From positions 137,020,001 to 137,084,000 of the forward strand of contig NC_091291.1 of NCBI RefSeq assembly GCF_032444005.1: a stretch of DNA of 64,000 nt, written 5' to 3'. Position 1 is the first letter of the stretch. Every line of letters begins with the position of its first letter. The notes below the pieces were generated by a model, which ran no database searches, was not told the origin of the DNA, and saw only the letters and a list, made by a program, of their open reading frames with translations. Positions 12,301 through 45,565 of the stretch are shown here, piece by piece. This DNA comes from Ranitomeya imitator (taxonomy: Eukaryota). A program made the translations under genes and the position numbers.

Positions 12301-15027
12301 AAAGCTCGCAAAATCAACAGACAACCCTGGCACACCAGCATGACAAAAGAACTGAGGCGAGCTTCCAGAGCTGCTGAGCGCAGATGGAAAAGATCCCACT
12401 CCATCGAGCACTTCATCGCATTCAAACAGTCCCTCACTACTTTCAAGACCACATTCACCACAGCAAAACAAACCTACTTCTCATCTCTCATATCCTCCCT
12501 GTCTCACAACCCCAAACAGTTATTCAACACCTTCAACTCTCTCCTCCGTCCCCCAGCACCTCCTCCCTCCCCACTCATCTCAGCTGAAGACTTCGCCTCA
12601 TTTTTCAAGCAGAAAATTGAGAACATCCGAGACAATTTTAGTAAACAACCCCCAGAACCCTTCCTCCCAACTACCCAGCCCTCCACCTCCAAAACCAACT
12701 TCTCCACCATTACATAAGACGGACTCTCCACTCTACTCTCAAGATCGCATCTCACCACCTGTGCACTTGACCCACTCCCATCCCACTTCATCCCAAACCT
12801 CACCACAGTCTTCATCCCAACCCTAACCCATCTATTTAACCTATCACTAACAACTGGCATTTTCCCCTCAAGCTTTAAACATGCCACAATCACACCTATC
12901 CTCAAAAAGCCCTCTCTTGACCCATCCTCTGTATCTAGCTATCGCCCTATATCATTTCTCCCCTTTGCCTCAAAACTACTGGAACAACATGTCCATATTG
13001 AACTGTCCTCCCATCTATCTTCCTGCTCCTTCTTCGACCGCTTTCAATCAGGCTTCCGGTCACACCACTCCACTGAAACTGCCCTAACTAAGGTCACCAA
13101 TGACCTATTAACCGCCAAGAGCAAGCGACACTACTCTGTCCTCCTCCTCCTGGACCTGTCCTCTGCCTTTGACACAGTGGACCATTCCCTGCTGCTGCAG
13201 ACCCTCTCATCCCTTGGCATCACAGAATTGGCCCTATCCTGGATCTCATCATACCTAACTGACCGTACATTCAGCGTCTCCCACTCACACACCACCTCCT
13301 CACCTCGCCCCCTATCTGTCGGAGTCCCGCAAGGTTCAGTTCTAGGACCCCTGCTCTTCTCCATCTACACCTTTGGCCTGGGACAGCTCATAGAATCTCA
13401 CGGCTTTCAGTATCATCTCTATGCTGACGACACACAGATCTACATCTCTGGACCAGATATCACCTCCCTACTAACCAGAATCCCTCAATGTCTGTCTGCT
13501 ATTTCATCCTTCTTCTCCACTAGATTTCTAAAACTTAACATGGACAAAACAGAATTCATCATCTTTCCCCCATCTCACGCAATCTCCCCAACGAACCTAT
13601 CCATTACAGTAAACGGCTGCCCACTCTCCCCAGTCCCACAAGCCCGCTGTCTTGGGGTAATCCTTGACACTGATCTCTCCTTTAAACCACATATCCAAAC
13701 CCTTTCCACTTCCTGCCGCCTCCAACTCAAAAATATTTCACGGATCCGCACATTCCTAAACCAAGAATCTGCAAAAACCCTAGTCCATGCCCTCATCACC
13801 TCCCGCCTTGACTACTGTAACCTCCTGCTCTGTGGCCTCCCCTCTAACACTCTTGCACCCCTCCAATCTATTCTAAACTCTGCTGCCCGACTAATCCACC
13901 TGTCCCCCCGCTATTCCCCGGCCTCTCCCCTCTGTCAATCCCTGCACTGGCTCCCCATCACCCAGAGACTCCAGTACAAAAGCCTAACCATGACATATAA
14001 AGCCATCCACAACCTGTCTCCTCCATACATCTGTGACCTCGTCTCCCGGTACTTTCCTGCACGCAACCTCCGATCCTCACAAGATCTCCTTCTCTACTCC
14101 CCTATTATCTCCTCTTCCCACAATCGCATACAAGATTTCTCTCGTGCATCCCCCCTATTCTGGAATGCTCTACCACAACATATCAGACTCTCGCCTACCA
14201 TCGAAACCTTCAAAAAGAACCTGAAGACCCACCTCTTCCGACAAGCCTACAACCTGCAGTAACCACCGATTGACCAAACCGCTGCACGGCCAGCTCTACC
14301 CTCACCTACTGTATCCTCACCCATCCCTTGTAGATTGTGAGCCCTCGCGGGCAGGGTCCTCTCTCCTCCTGTACCAGTTGTGACTTGTATTTTTCAAGAT
14401 TATTGTACTTGTTTTATTATGTATACCCCTCCTCACATGTAAAGCGCCATGGAATAAATGGCGCTATAATAATAAATAATAATAATAATAGAAGATGTGG
14501 GGGTGGGAAAAGACCTAATTCACTCCATACAATGGGGCATAGACTTGACCTGAGACTTCTTCCCAGTTCTGGATATTTAGAGGCATTTTGGTGATTATGT
14601 GATGACAAATGTACTACGTACGCCCTGAAATACAGAAAAATGTAAGTTTGCTAGTAGGTAGATGATCTCATGGACAACCTGCTCCTTTCGAGACATTTTT
14701 GTGCATTTGTCGGATGAGAGAAATGTTCATTAAGAAGCGACGTTTTATACCTGATCATTGTGGGACTACAAACAATTGTTAGTCTTCACAAACTCACTTG
14801 AGCTGTTAAATAATCTTGAAATTATAGGGTTTATGGAGTTATGGGAATATAGATTAACCCTTTCCTGGATGGGTATGTAGAATGAAAGGTGACTATAGAT
14901 GTGTCTTTGTTCCATCACTCACCTGATTGTGACCTAGTCTCATTCTGTTGTCAAATGGTTGAGAGAGCCCCCAGGCCCCCCACACGAGCAGCATGAGCAT
15001 GGTCCCAGCAGAGCCCAAGAGCAGCAT
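6143..15027 (-). CDS. CORT: Prepro-somatostatin-2 / cortistatin (frog PSS2-like), 2 exons, 100 aa, join complement(14923..15027, 6143..6340)
   Basis: [35 protein letters not shown]|[65 protein letters not shown]. Signal peptide, phase-0 GT-AG intron, RERK processing site and C-terminal Cys-bridged SS-14-type peptide; closely resembles the recalled ranid PSS2 precursor. Confidence 0.93.
8261..8335 (+). promoter_or_regulatory. Two tandem CTCF-consensus sites in the SST2 intron
   Basis: CCACTAGGTGGC at 8261-8272 and 8320-8331 (the second in TGGCCACTAGGTGGCACTG); motif match only. Confidence 0.5.
9815..10145. mobile_element. PIF/Harbinger-type MITE
   Basis: TIR GGGTATGTGCACACGTTCAGG / CCTGACGTGTGCACATAGCC; TAA on both flanks. 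Confidence 0.8.
10625..14490 (+). mobile_element. Near full-length L2 LINE (APE + RT ORF2 11086-14262 with one premature stop), antisense in the SST2 intron; 5' boundary uncertain
   Basis: APE motifs (WNARS, ITETWL, MGDFN, SDH) and RT motifs ([23 protein letters not shown]). ORFs 11086..12717 and 13177..14262 are in the same frame, separated by a single TAA at 12715-12717. 3' stem-loop at 14443-14465, then (AAT)n tail. Confidence 0.93.
14923..15027 (-). CDS. CORT: SST2/CORT exon 1 (signal peptide)
   Basis: ATG at 15027, 35 codons, donor CAG|gtgagt; hydrophobic signal peptide. Confidence 0.9.
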
Positions 15028-15093
15028 CTTTAGATCTGGACACGATGCACAGGATAGCAAGGAAGATGCAGGAATGAGCTGAGGATCCGCAGC

Positions 15094-15140
15094 TTATATC
15101 TTCCTCAAACCCAAATGTGATGTCATCGCAGATAATTAAA
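15094..15140 (-). promoter_or_regulatory. Putative SST2/CORT core promoter: TATAA, CRE-like TGACATCA and TAAT element
   Basis: TATAA at 15094-15098 (~70 nt upstream of ATG), one-mismatch CRE at 15118-15125, AATTTAATTATC at ~15131-15142. Confidence 0.55.
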
Positions 15141-16084
15141 TTTGGGCAGCCAGGGATGGGGGGCAAGGAGCATCATCATCTCGAGGATTACTAGCAGCAG
15201 CTGCAAGTGTAGGGAAAGGAGATGTCCAGGAACAATGGACAGTCCGGCAGCCACAGCCATTCATGTACTCACACCTGGGCACAGGGCAGCTCTGCAGGTG
15301 AGGACGGAGCAGGGATACAGGGAAGCTCAACATCACCCCAATGTTATGGATAGAAAAAGCAGAAGACATGGAAAGCTTCCACATTTGGGTGAATCCAGTA
15401 TCTCTAATCGTTCCCATTATACACATTAAATTATTTCCTTTTTTAAACAGATCTATAGATAGATATTATATTGACTGATACAAGATGGACGGATATACAG
15501 ACAGACATGAGACTGACAAATAGGCATTACACACAAAGTGACGTAAAGATTTGGATAAATTCAGTTTCTTTTATCTCCATTATATTTTTAAGATTAATAA
15601 ATAAATATCAGATAGATATTTCCTATGAGATATGGATAGATGATAAAAGCAGACATAGGCCTGCTCTATGAATCTATCACTTATACATATACCCCTAATC
15701 CTCTCCTGGTTTAGTAGAGTGTGTACCCCCTGTATCATCCAATAACCCTATCTCATAACTAAGAGGATTGACATGAGTTCTTATAAGATAATCTATCCCC
15801 AGTTGTAGCAGATTGGATTTTTTTTCCATATTACGTAGGCAATTATCTACACCATTCTTATAGTTGAGGCTTTGCATATAGAGCCGAAGTCACCTTCTGT
15901 CACAAATTTTACTGTTCATGACTTCGCCATATTTAGGCGACAACTGAATATAGGACAGTAGGTTTCCTCAAGTATACTACTGTGTACTCATCTGTATGAC
16001 ATGGCATCCTTGGATTGGTACATAGACATTAATGAGGACAGATGTTAAAACTTCTGACTTTCTAATTGATAAACTTGGCTTTAA

Positions 16085-17046
16085 CCCCTTAGTGACGGAG
16101 CCAAATTTTTAAAATCTGACCAGTGTCATTTTATGTGGTAATAACTCTGCAACGCTTCAACATATCCCAGTGATTTTGAGATTTTTTTTACATGACACAT
16201 TATACTTTATGATAATGGTAAATTTAGGTTAATATGTTTTGTGCTTATTTATAGAAAATATCAAAAATTTGTGAAAAATGTAAAAAAAATTAGCAATTTT
16301 CAAAATTTGAATGATTATCCCTTTAATCCAGATGGTCATACCACAGCAAACCATTAATAAACAACATTTCCCACATGTCGGCTCTATATCAGCACCATTT
16401 GTAAAACGTTATTTTATTTTTTTTTAGCATTTTAGGAGGTTTAAAAATGTAGCTGTAATTTTTCATTTTTGCAAGGAAATTTACAAAATTTATTTTTTAG
16501 GGACCTATCCATGTTTGAAGTGACTTTAGGGGTCTCATGTATTGGGAAACCCCCAAAAGTTATACCATTTTAAAAACTGCACCCCCTGACATACTGAAAA
16601 CTGCTATCAGGTAGTTTATTAACCCTTCAGGTGCTTTACAGGAATTAATGCAAAGTGGTATGACAGAAATGAAAATGTGCATTTTTACCACCTAAATGTC
16701 TCTAACTTCTGAACAGATTACTACAGCTGTCAGACTCTAAAACCGCTATTTGGTCGTGAATTGCCATGGTAAATAACTGGACCACAAAATCATGGTCTGA
16801 GGGCACCAATTGGGATAAAGAGGGAGCCCCCACACTCTGTTAACCATTTATATTGATGTAGAAACTATTGACAGCAGCATCTAAGGGGTTAAACAGATAT
16901 GGACGGTGCAAACACTGATCGTCGCTGATACAGCAAGTTGTCAGATATAGTGCACAACCGACAGCTGCTGGATTGTCACCTGTATGGGGAGGCTATTCTC
17001 TTATATCTCAGGTCAGTTAAAAGATGTATTGGCTGTCATTAAGGGG
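16085..17046. mobile_element. Non-autonomous piggyBac-like element
   Basis: TTAA on both flanks (16081-16084, 17047-17050); TIR CCCCTTAGTGAC / GTCATTAAGGGG. Confidence 0.75.
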
Positions 17047-17205
17047 TTAAAAATCAAAGATACTCCCACACCCTGACACAATACCGGAAGAAGCAAGGTG
17101 AAACACATTTAAAATTAACTCAAAACCAGTTTGGGAAAGAGGGGTGGATGTGGCTCCACTGCCCGTGAGCAGCAATATCCCCAGTGCAGAAGAACACAGG
17201 ACAAG

Positions 17206-19225
17206 ACATAGTAACATAGTTAGTAAGGCCGAAAAAAGACATTTGTCCATCCAGTTCAGCCTATATTCCATCATAATAAATCCCCAGATCTACGTCCTTC
17301 TACAGAACCTAATAATTGTATGATACAATATTGTTCTGCTCCAGGAAGACATCCAGGCCTCTCTTGAACCCCTCGACTGAGTTCGCCATCACCACCTCCT
17401 CAAGCAAGCAATTCCAGATTCTCACTGCCCTAACAGTAAAGAATCCTCTTCTATGTTGGTGGAAAAACCTTCTCTCCTCCAGACGCAAAGAATGCCCCCT
17501 TGTGCCCGTCACCTTCCTTGGTATAAACAGATCCTCAGCGAGATATTTGTATTGTCCCCTTATATACTTATACATGGTTATTAGATCGCCCCTCAGTCGT
17601 CTTTTTTCTAGACTAAATAATCCTAATTTCGCTAATCTATCTGGGTATTGTAGTTCTCCCATCCCCTCTATTAATTCTGTTGCCCTCCTTTGTACTCTCT
17701 CTAGTTCCATTATATCCTTCCTGAGCACCGGTGCCCAAAACTGGACACAGTACTCCATGTGCGGTCTAACTAGGGATTTGTACAGAGGCAGTATAATGCT
17801 CTCATCATGTGTATCCAGACCTCTTTTAATGCACCCCATGATCCTGTTTGCCTTGGCAGCTGCTGCCTGGCACTGGCTGCTCCAGGTAAGTTTATCATTA
17901 ACTAGGATCCCCAAGTCCTTCTCCCTGTCAGATTTACCCAGTGGTTTCCCGTTCAGTGTGTAATGGTGACATTGATTCCTTCTTCCCATGTGTATAACCT
18001 TACATTTATCATTGTTAAACCTCATCTGCCACCTTTCAGCCCAAGTTTCCAACTTATCCAGATCCATCTGTAGCAGAATACTATCTTCTCTTGTATTAAC
18101 TGCTTTACATAGTTTTGTATCATCTGCAAATATCGATATTTTACTGTGTAAACCTTCTACCAGATCATTAATGAATATGTTGAAGAGAACAGGTCCCAAT
18201 ACTGACCCCTGCGGTACCCCACTGGTCACAGCGACCCAGTTAGAGACTATACCATTTATAACCACCCTCTGCTTTCTATCACTAAGCCAGTTACTAACCC
18301 ATTTACACACATTTTCCCCCAGACCAAGCATTCTCATTTTGTGTACCAACCTCTTGTGCGGCACTGTATCAAACGCTTTGGAAAAATCAAGATATACCAC
18401 GTCCAATGACTCACCGTGGTCCAGCCTATAGCTTACCTCTTCATAAAAACTGATTAGATTGGTTTGACAGGAGCGATTTCTCATAAACCCATGCTGATAT
18501 GGAGTTAAACAGTTATTCTCATTGAGATAATCCAGAATAACATCCTTCAGAAACCCTTCAAATATTTTACCAACAATAGAGGTTAGACTTACTGGCCTAT
18601 AATTTCCAGGATCAATTTTAGAGCCCTTTTTGAATATTGGCACCACATTTGCTATGCGCCAGTCCTGCGGAACAGACCCCGTCGCTATAGAGTCCCTAAA
18701 AATAAGAAATAATGGTTTATCTATTACATTACATAGTTCTCTTAGTACTCGTGGGTGTATGTCATCCGGACCCGGAGATTTATCTATTTTAATCTTATTT
18801 AGCCGGTTTCGCACCTCTTCTTGGGTTAGATTGGTGACCCTTAATATAGGGTTTTCATTGTTTCTTGGGATTTCACCTAGCATTTCATTTTCCACCGTGA
18901 AGGTGTTTAATATGTTAGATTTTTCCTCGTCATCTACAACCATTCTTTCCTCACTATTTTTTAAGGGGCCTACATTTTCAGTTTTTATTCTTTTACTATT
19001 GATATAGTTGAAGAACAGTTTGGGATTAGTTTTACTCTCCTTAGCAATGTGCTTCTCTGTTTCCTTTTTGGCAGCTTTAATTAGTTTTTTAGATAAAGTA
19101 TTTTTCTCCCTATAGTTTTTTAGAGCTTCAATGGTGCCATCCTGCTTTAGTAGTGCAAATGCTTTCTTTTTACTGTTAATTGCCTGTCTTACTTCTTTGT
19201 TTAGCCACATTGGGTTTTTCCTATT
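17206..19225 (-). mobile_element. 5'-truncated CR1 LINE with open RT domain
   Basis: ORF 17309..19210 (633 aa) with YRPVSL, YLDFSKAFD, QGSVLGP, FADD; (CTATGTTA)n tail at ~17206-17220. Confidence 0.95.
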
Positions 19226-20124
19226 TCTGCCGCCTTATAGTATTGATTCAATGTGCAGGGACTGGGGTCGTTATTTTGGGAAGTGTTGCCCTCCCAGGTG
19301 CCAGGACCCTTTTTGGGACAGTTATGTTCATTGGTTTTGAGTAAAGTCTGAATAGCCACTTAGTTTGAAGTTTTGATCAAAAGTGATTCCTCACTGGTAA
19401 GCACCTGATGGTTTATTACGTATTTCAGAATAGTGAAATTAATGCATTCAGTAATTCAGAGCGCAGCTGCATACGTTTACAGGTTTCCATAGATGCAGTA
19501 CATCGGCAATAGATATGAGATACAGACTCCTGTTATGATCCAGATATTTTTTCTTCCTTCCTGTAGAAACTTTTAGAGGAACTGGGAAGAAAAGGAAGAT
19601 GTTTAGCATGTAAATCCCTGTGTACTGGGCTAATTACAGCAGAACAGATTTGCATTGCACAGCGTGGCGGTGCATCGTGAGGACAGACCCGTTCAGCGCC
19701 CGCTGCTCCAGAGCTGTCATTTATTAGGTTCATTTTCATAGGGGTTTTAGAATATGAGATTAAAATTGAATTTAGTATTTTTTTTTGCCTATCGGACTGA
19801 AGGTTCATAATCCCCTAGAGGAATAATCAGCGTCTTACTGCCCCATAATTGACTGTTAAATATTTCAGCAGTTTCTTGTGAAAGTCTCAAATGAAAAAAG
19901 TAAACTTCAGAAAGGAGCAGTGGTTACCATTAATCCACGGCGTCACATATTAAAGATGTTGGTCATACACAAGCGGAATAAGTAGCAGGTATTCATTGGC
20001 GCTACCTGTAGCCACCACTAGGGGGAGGCTCCCTGTATTCAGAGATACCTGATAGTTTCTGTCTGCAGCTACCACTAGAGGGAGCTCCCTGTATACAGAG
20101 ATACATGATGAGATCCTGTCTGCA

Positions 20125-20540
20125 GGAACAGTGGAGCAGTTGGGGGGTGTGGGGGTCCTGCAAGTTGTAGGCAACATTTCAGCTAATGGAGTTGAGGATT
20201 TAGTCATGATTAATGGTGCCCTCAATGCTGAGAAATCCCAGCAGACAATTTTTCATCATGTAATGCCAATAAGAGGAGTCTGATCAGCTCCAAATTTATT
20301 CTGCAGCAGCGCAACGACCCCCAACATCCAGCCACTATCATGAAGAACAATGAATCCTGGGAGTGATGATCCGGCCCTACAGAGCCCTGATCTCACATCC
20401 TGTCTGTCTAGGGTCACATGAAGACAGAAGGATCCGCACAAACCTCATACACAGGAGATCTGGGGGCGGTTCTGCAAAATGTTTGGCACAACCTCCTGCA
20501 GACATCCTTCATAACCTGTGTACAAGGAGCGAGAAGTGAT
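20125..20540 (+). mobile_element. Old degenerate Tc1 transposase remnant
   Basis: Broken translation resembles the Tc1 catalytic domain (ISANGVEDLVMINGALNAEK, FILQQRND, ..QSPDL.., VLQNVWHNL). Confidence 0.65.
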
Positions 20541-21490
20541 GGAGGTAATGGGTGGTCACCAGATACTGATGACGGAGGCGATGGGCAATCACCAGATACT
20601 GATAGGATTTACATTTCTCTTTTTGTTCATTCATTCTAAAACTATTAACCCTTTGTTTTAAACCATTCTGACTGCGCAGCATTTTATTCTATACCTGCCT
20701 AAAACTTTTGCATAGTACTATATAATGTACAATATACACACTACCCACAATGCATCGTACCCAGCACACCACTATACATACAGTCACACATAAAATCACT
20801 ACACACCATAATAAAGCACAGTAACGTATTTCTCTACCTTGGCAAACAATGCAGAGTTTAGACGAGACGCAGGAGATTTCATAGATGCAGCCAAGATTTA
20901 TTATAAATACTTCCCCGGTATAAGGAGCTACCGTCACCCAGATGCAGTAACGACCAGAGGCGGCTGTCGGGATCTGTGACTGCGCCACCTCCACCCCCAT
21001 ATTCCTGCACGTCCATTATCTGACCCTCCTGTGGCCATGCAGACAGGTATGAAATACTTATGCTCGCGGGTGAAGATGTGACCCACCGTTCAGTCCTAAA
21101 ATGTCAGACATAGCGCAGACGAGCCTCAGCATGGAATAGATATCTGTAACTTAGGGGGTAATGATGACATTGGCAATGAAAGGGTTAACAAAACATGGAC
21201 ACTTTCATTAACCCTTGCAGCAGCAGCAGATATTTTATGATAAAGTGAAAGGGACCGCAGCGTCTTGCATCAGGAAGGAAGCCATAAGACAAGAGGAGGA
21301 AGATGCATGCGGAGAGTAACCCCTTGTACCCATGACGTCCAGGCCTTAAAGGGGCAGAGACAAGCGGACAGATCACAGTTGCCAGAACTGGAGTAGAGCC
21401 AGGAAGAGCGGCCGGGGTCCTGCACCCACTCACACGGGACGGCAGCTCCTGGCCTCTTCTGAAGAGTCACACGTCACATCTGCCGACTGG

Positions 21491-44182
<22,692 letters not shown>

Positions 44183-45534
44183 AGCGGCTCCCTGAGCGGT
44201 GCACGGCGCACACTAACCTGTTGTGCGCAGCGTGCATGACGGTGACCAATCAAGACGCACTAGGGCGGGGCCACACGACTATTACGTTAGAGTGACTCGC
44301 CACGTGGTGCTAGTGAGACGTAGACTCACACATCGCTGTCGCCATCTTTGCAACTGGCAAAAGGAAGTTACTTAGAAGAATCGGTGAGTGGCGGCCGCTG
44401 TGCGCCCGGAGAAGAGGCGCCAGTGGCGCAAGGAATGGAGGAGACTGGGATAGTGTCAGGTTTGTGAGTTATCCCCCTAACAGACTACATCCCACCCTTA
44501 AATAGGACCACGCCCCCTTCTCTGAGCTAGCAATGCAGATGGTTGAGCTCTGTATAACCCCGCCTACCCCAGCCAAAAGCTGCCAATCAGTGCTGGTGGG
44601 TGTGGTTACAGATTAGCTGGACTGGGCAGCATGTGACACCTAGTCCTGTAATAGTCTGCTGATAAAACACTGATTGCATTAAAACTACAGCAAGCAGCCT
44701 AATAAGTAACACAGCGATGGAATCGGGGTCTCAGCCCCTAGCTCATGCTGGAATCCATCTCGGCTCCTATCTCACGCTGTCCTGAGAGTGCACAGCAAAA
44801 ACCCGCAAATTCACTTTTAACTTTTCTTCCGGCTGACAGTGAATGAAAACATGATCTGATGTAGTTGCTGCCTGCCCCACCGACCTGCAGAGGTTCCCGC
44901 CAGCCCTCGTTCCTCGGGTTTCATGCTCTCACTTCAGTCCCGGAGCCGCTGCTGTTTATTTGGCTGCAGATGAACTGAACTTTATTGCTCCGCCTCATCA
45001 TTAAAGCAGAATGTGCTGCTCCTCCTTCCTTTCCAGCAGTCTCTAAGTGCCAGATGAGCCTTTTACTCCTCGGTGGTTGATTTGCTTTCTCAAATCGCTT
45101 TGTAAACACTAAAAGCTGCAGTGTAAAGTATGGAGGCGAAAGAGCAACCGGGCCGAGGCAGGAGCTGGATTTCAGAGTACGTTGGAGCCAGCGAGGAGCA
45201 CAATATAGCGGGGCAGCATCGCCCAGCAGGAGGGACGCCCCAGCACCGCGCCGCCATGTGAGATCAGACGCCACATAACCTGGGAAAAACCCAGTATCGG
45301 AAGGGAAGCAGAGCTGCAGTGTAAAGCAGGGAGGAAAATCTCAATATATAAAGTGTGTGATGGGCGATTGCCTTATTTTCCTGCAGTCGCCTCGAGATCC
45401 TCCGAAGTCACTGATTATAGACACAGGACTAAAACCAACGACGCCACAGACGCCTTCAGTATATAAAAACTTTAATAATAAAAGACAACAGACAAGTCGC
45501 GCTGGGCGATATCACGGCGACGTCCTGGATCAGG

Positions 45535-45565
45535 TTATCTCTTCGGCCAACTGTGTCTGAAGCCC
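45535..45565 (-). CDS. EXOSC10: EXOSC10 exon 25 (coding part)
   Basis: [12 protein letters not shown]; candidate ATTAAA at 45471-45476. Confidence 0.92.

Noticed and set aside
15225-15245. Possible REST/RE1 site upstream of the neuropeptide gene (ATGGACAG)
   Set aside because: Only the right half-site matches; the TTCAGCACC half is absent.
2100-21490. Expected MASP2 exons downstream of SRM
   Set aside because: No CUB/EGF/CCP/serine-protease coding segments recognised by eye; a tblastn would be needed to exclude degenerate remnants.
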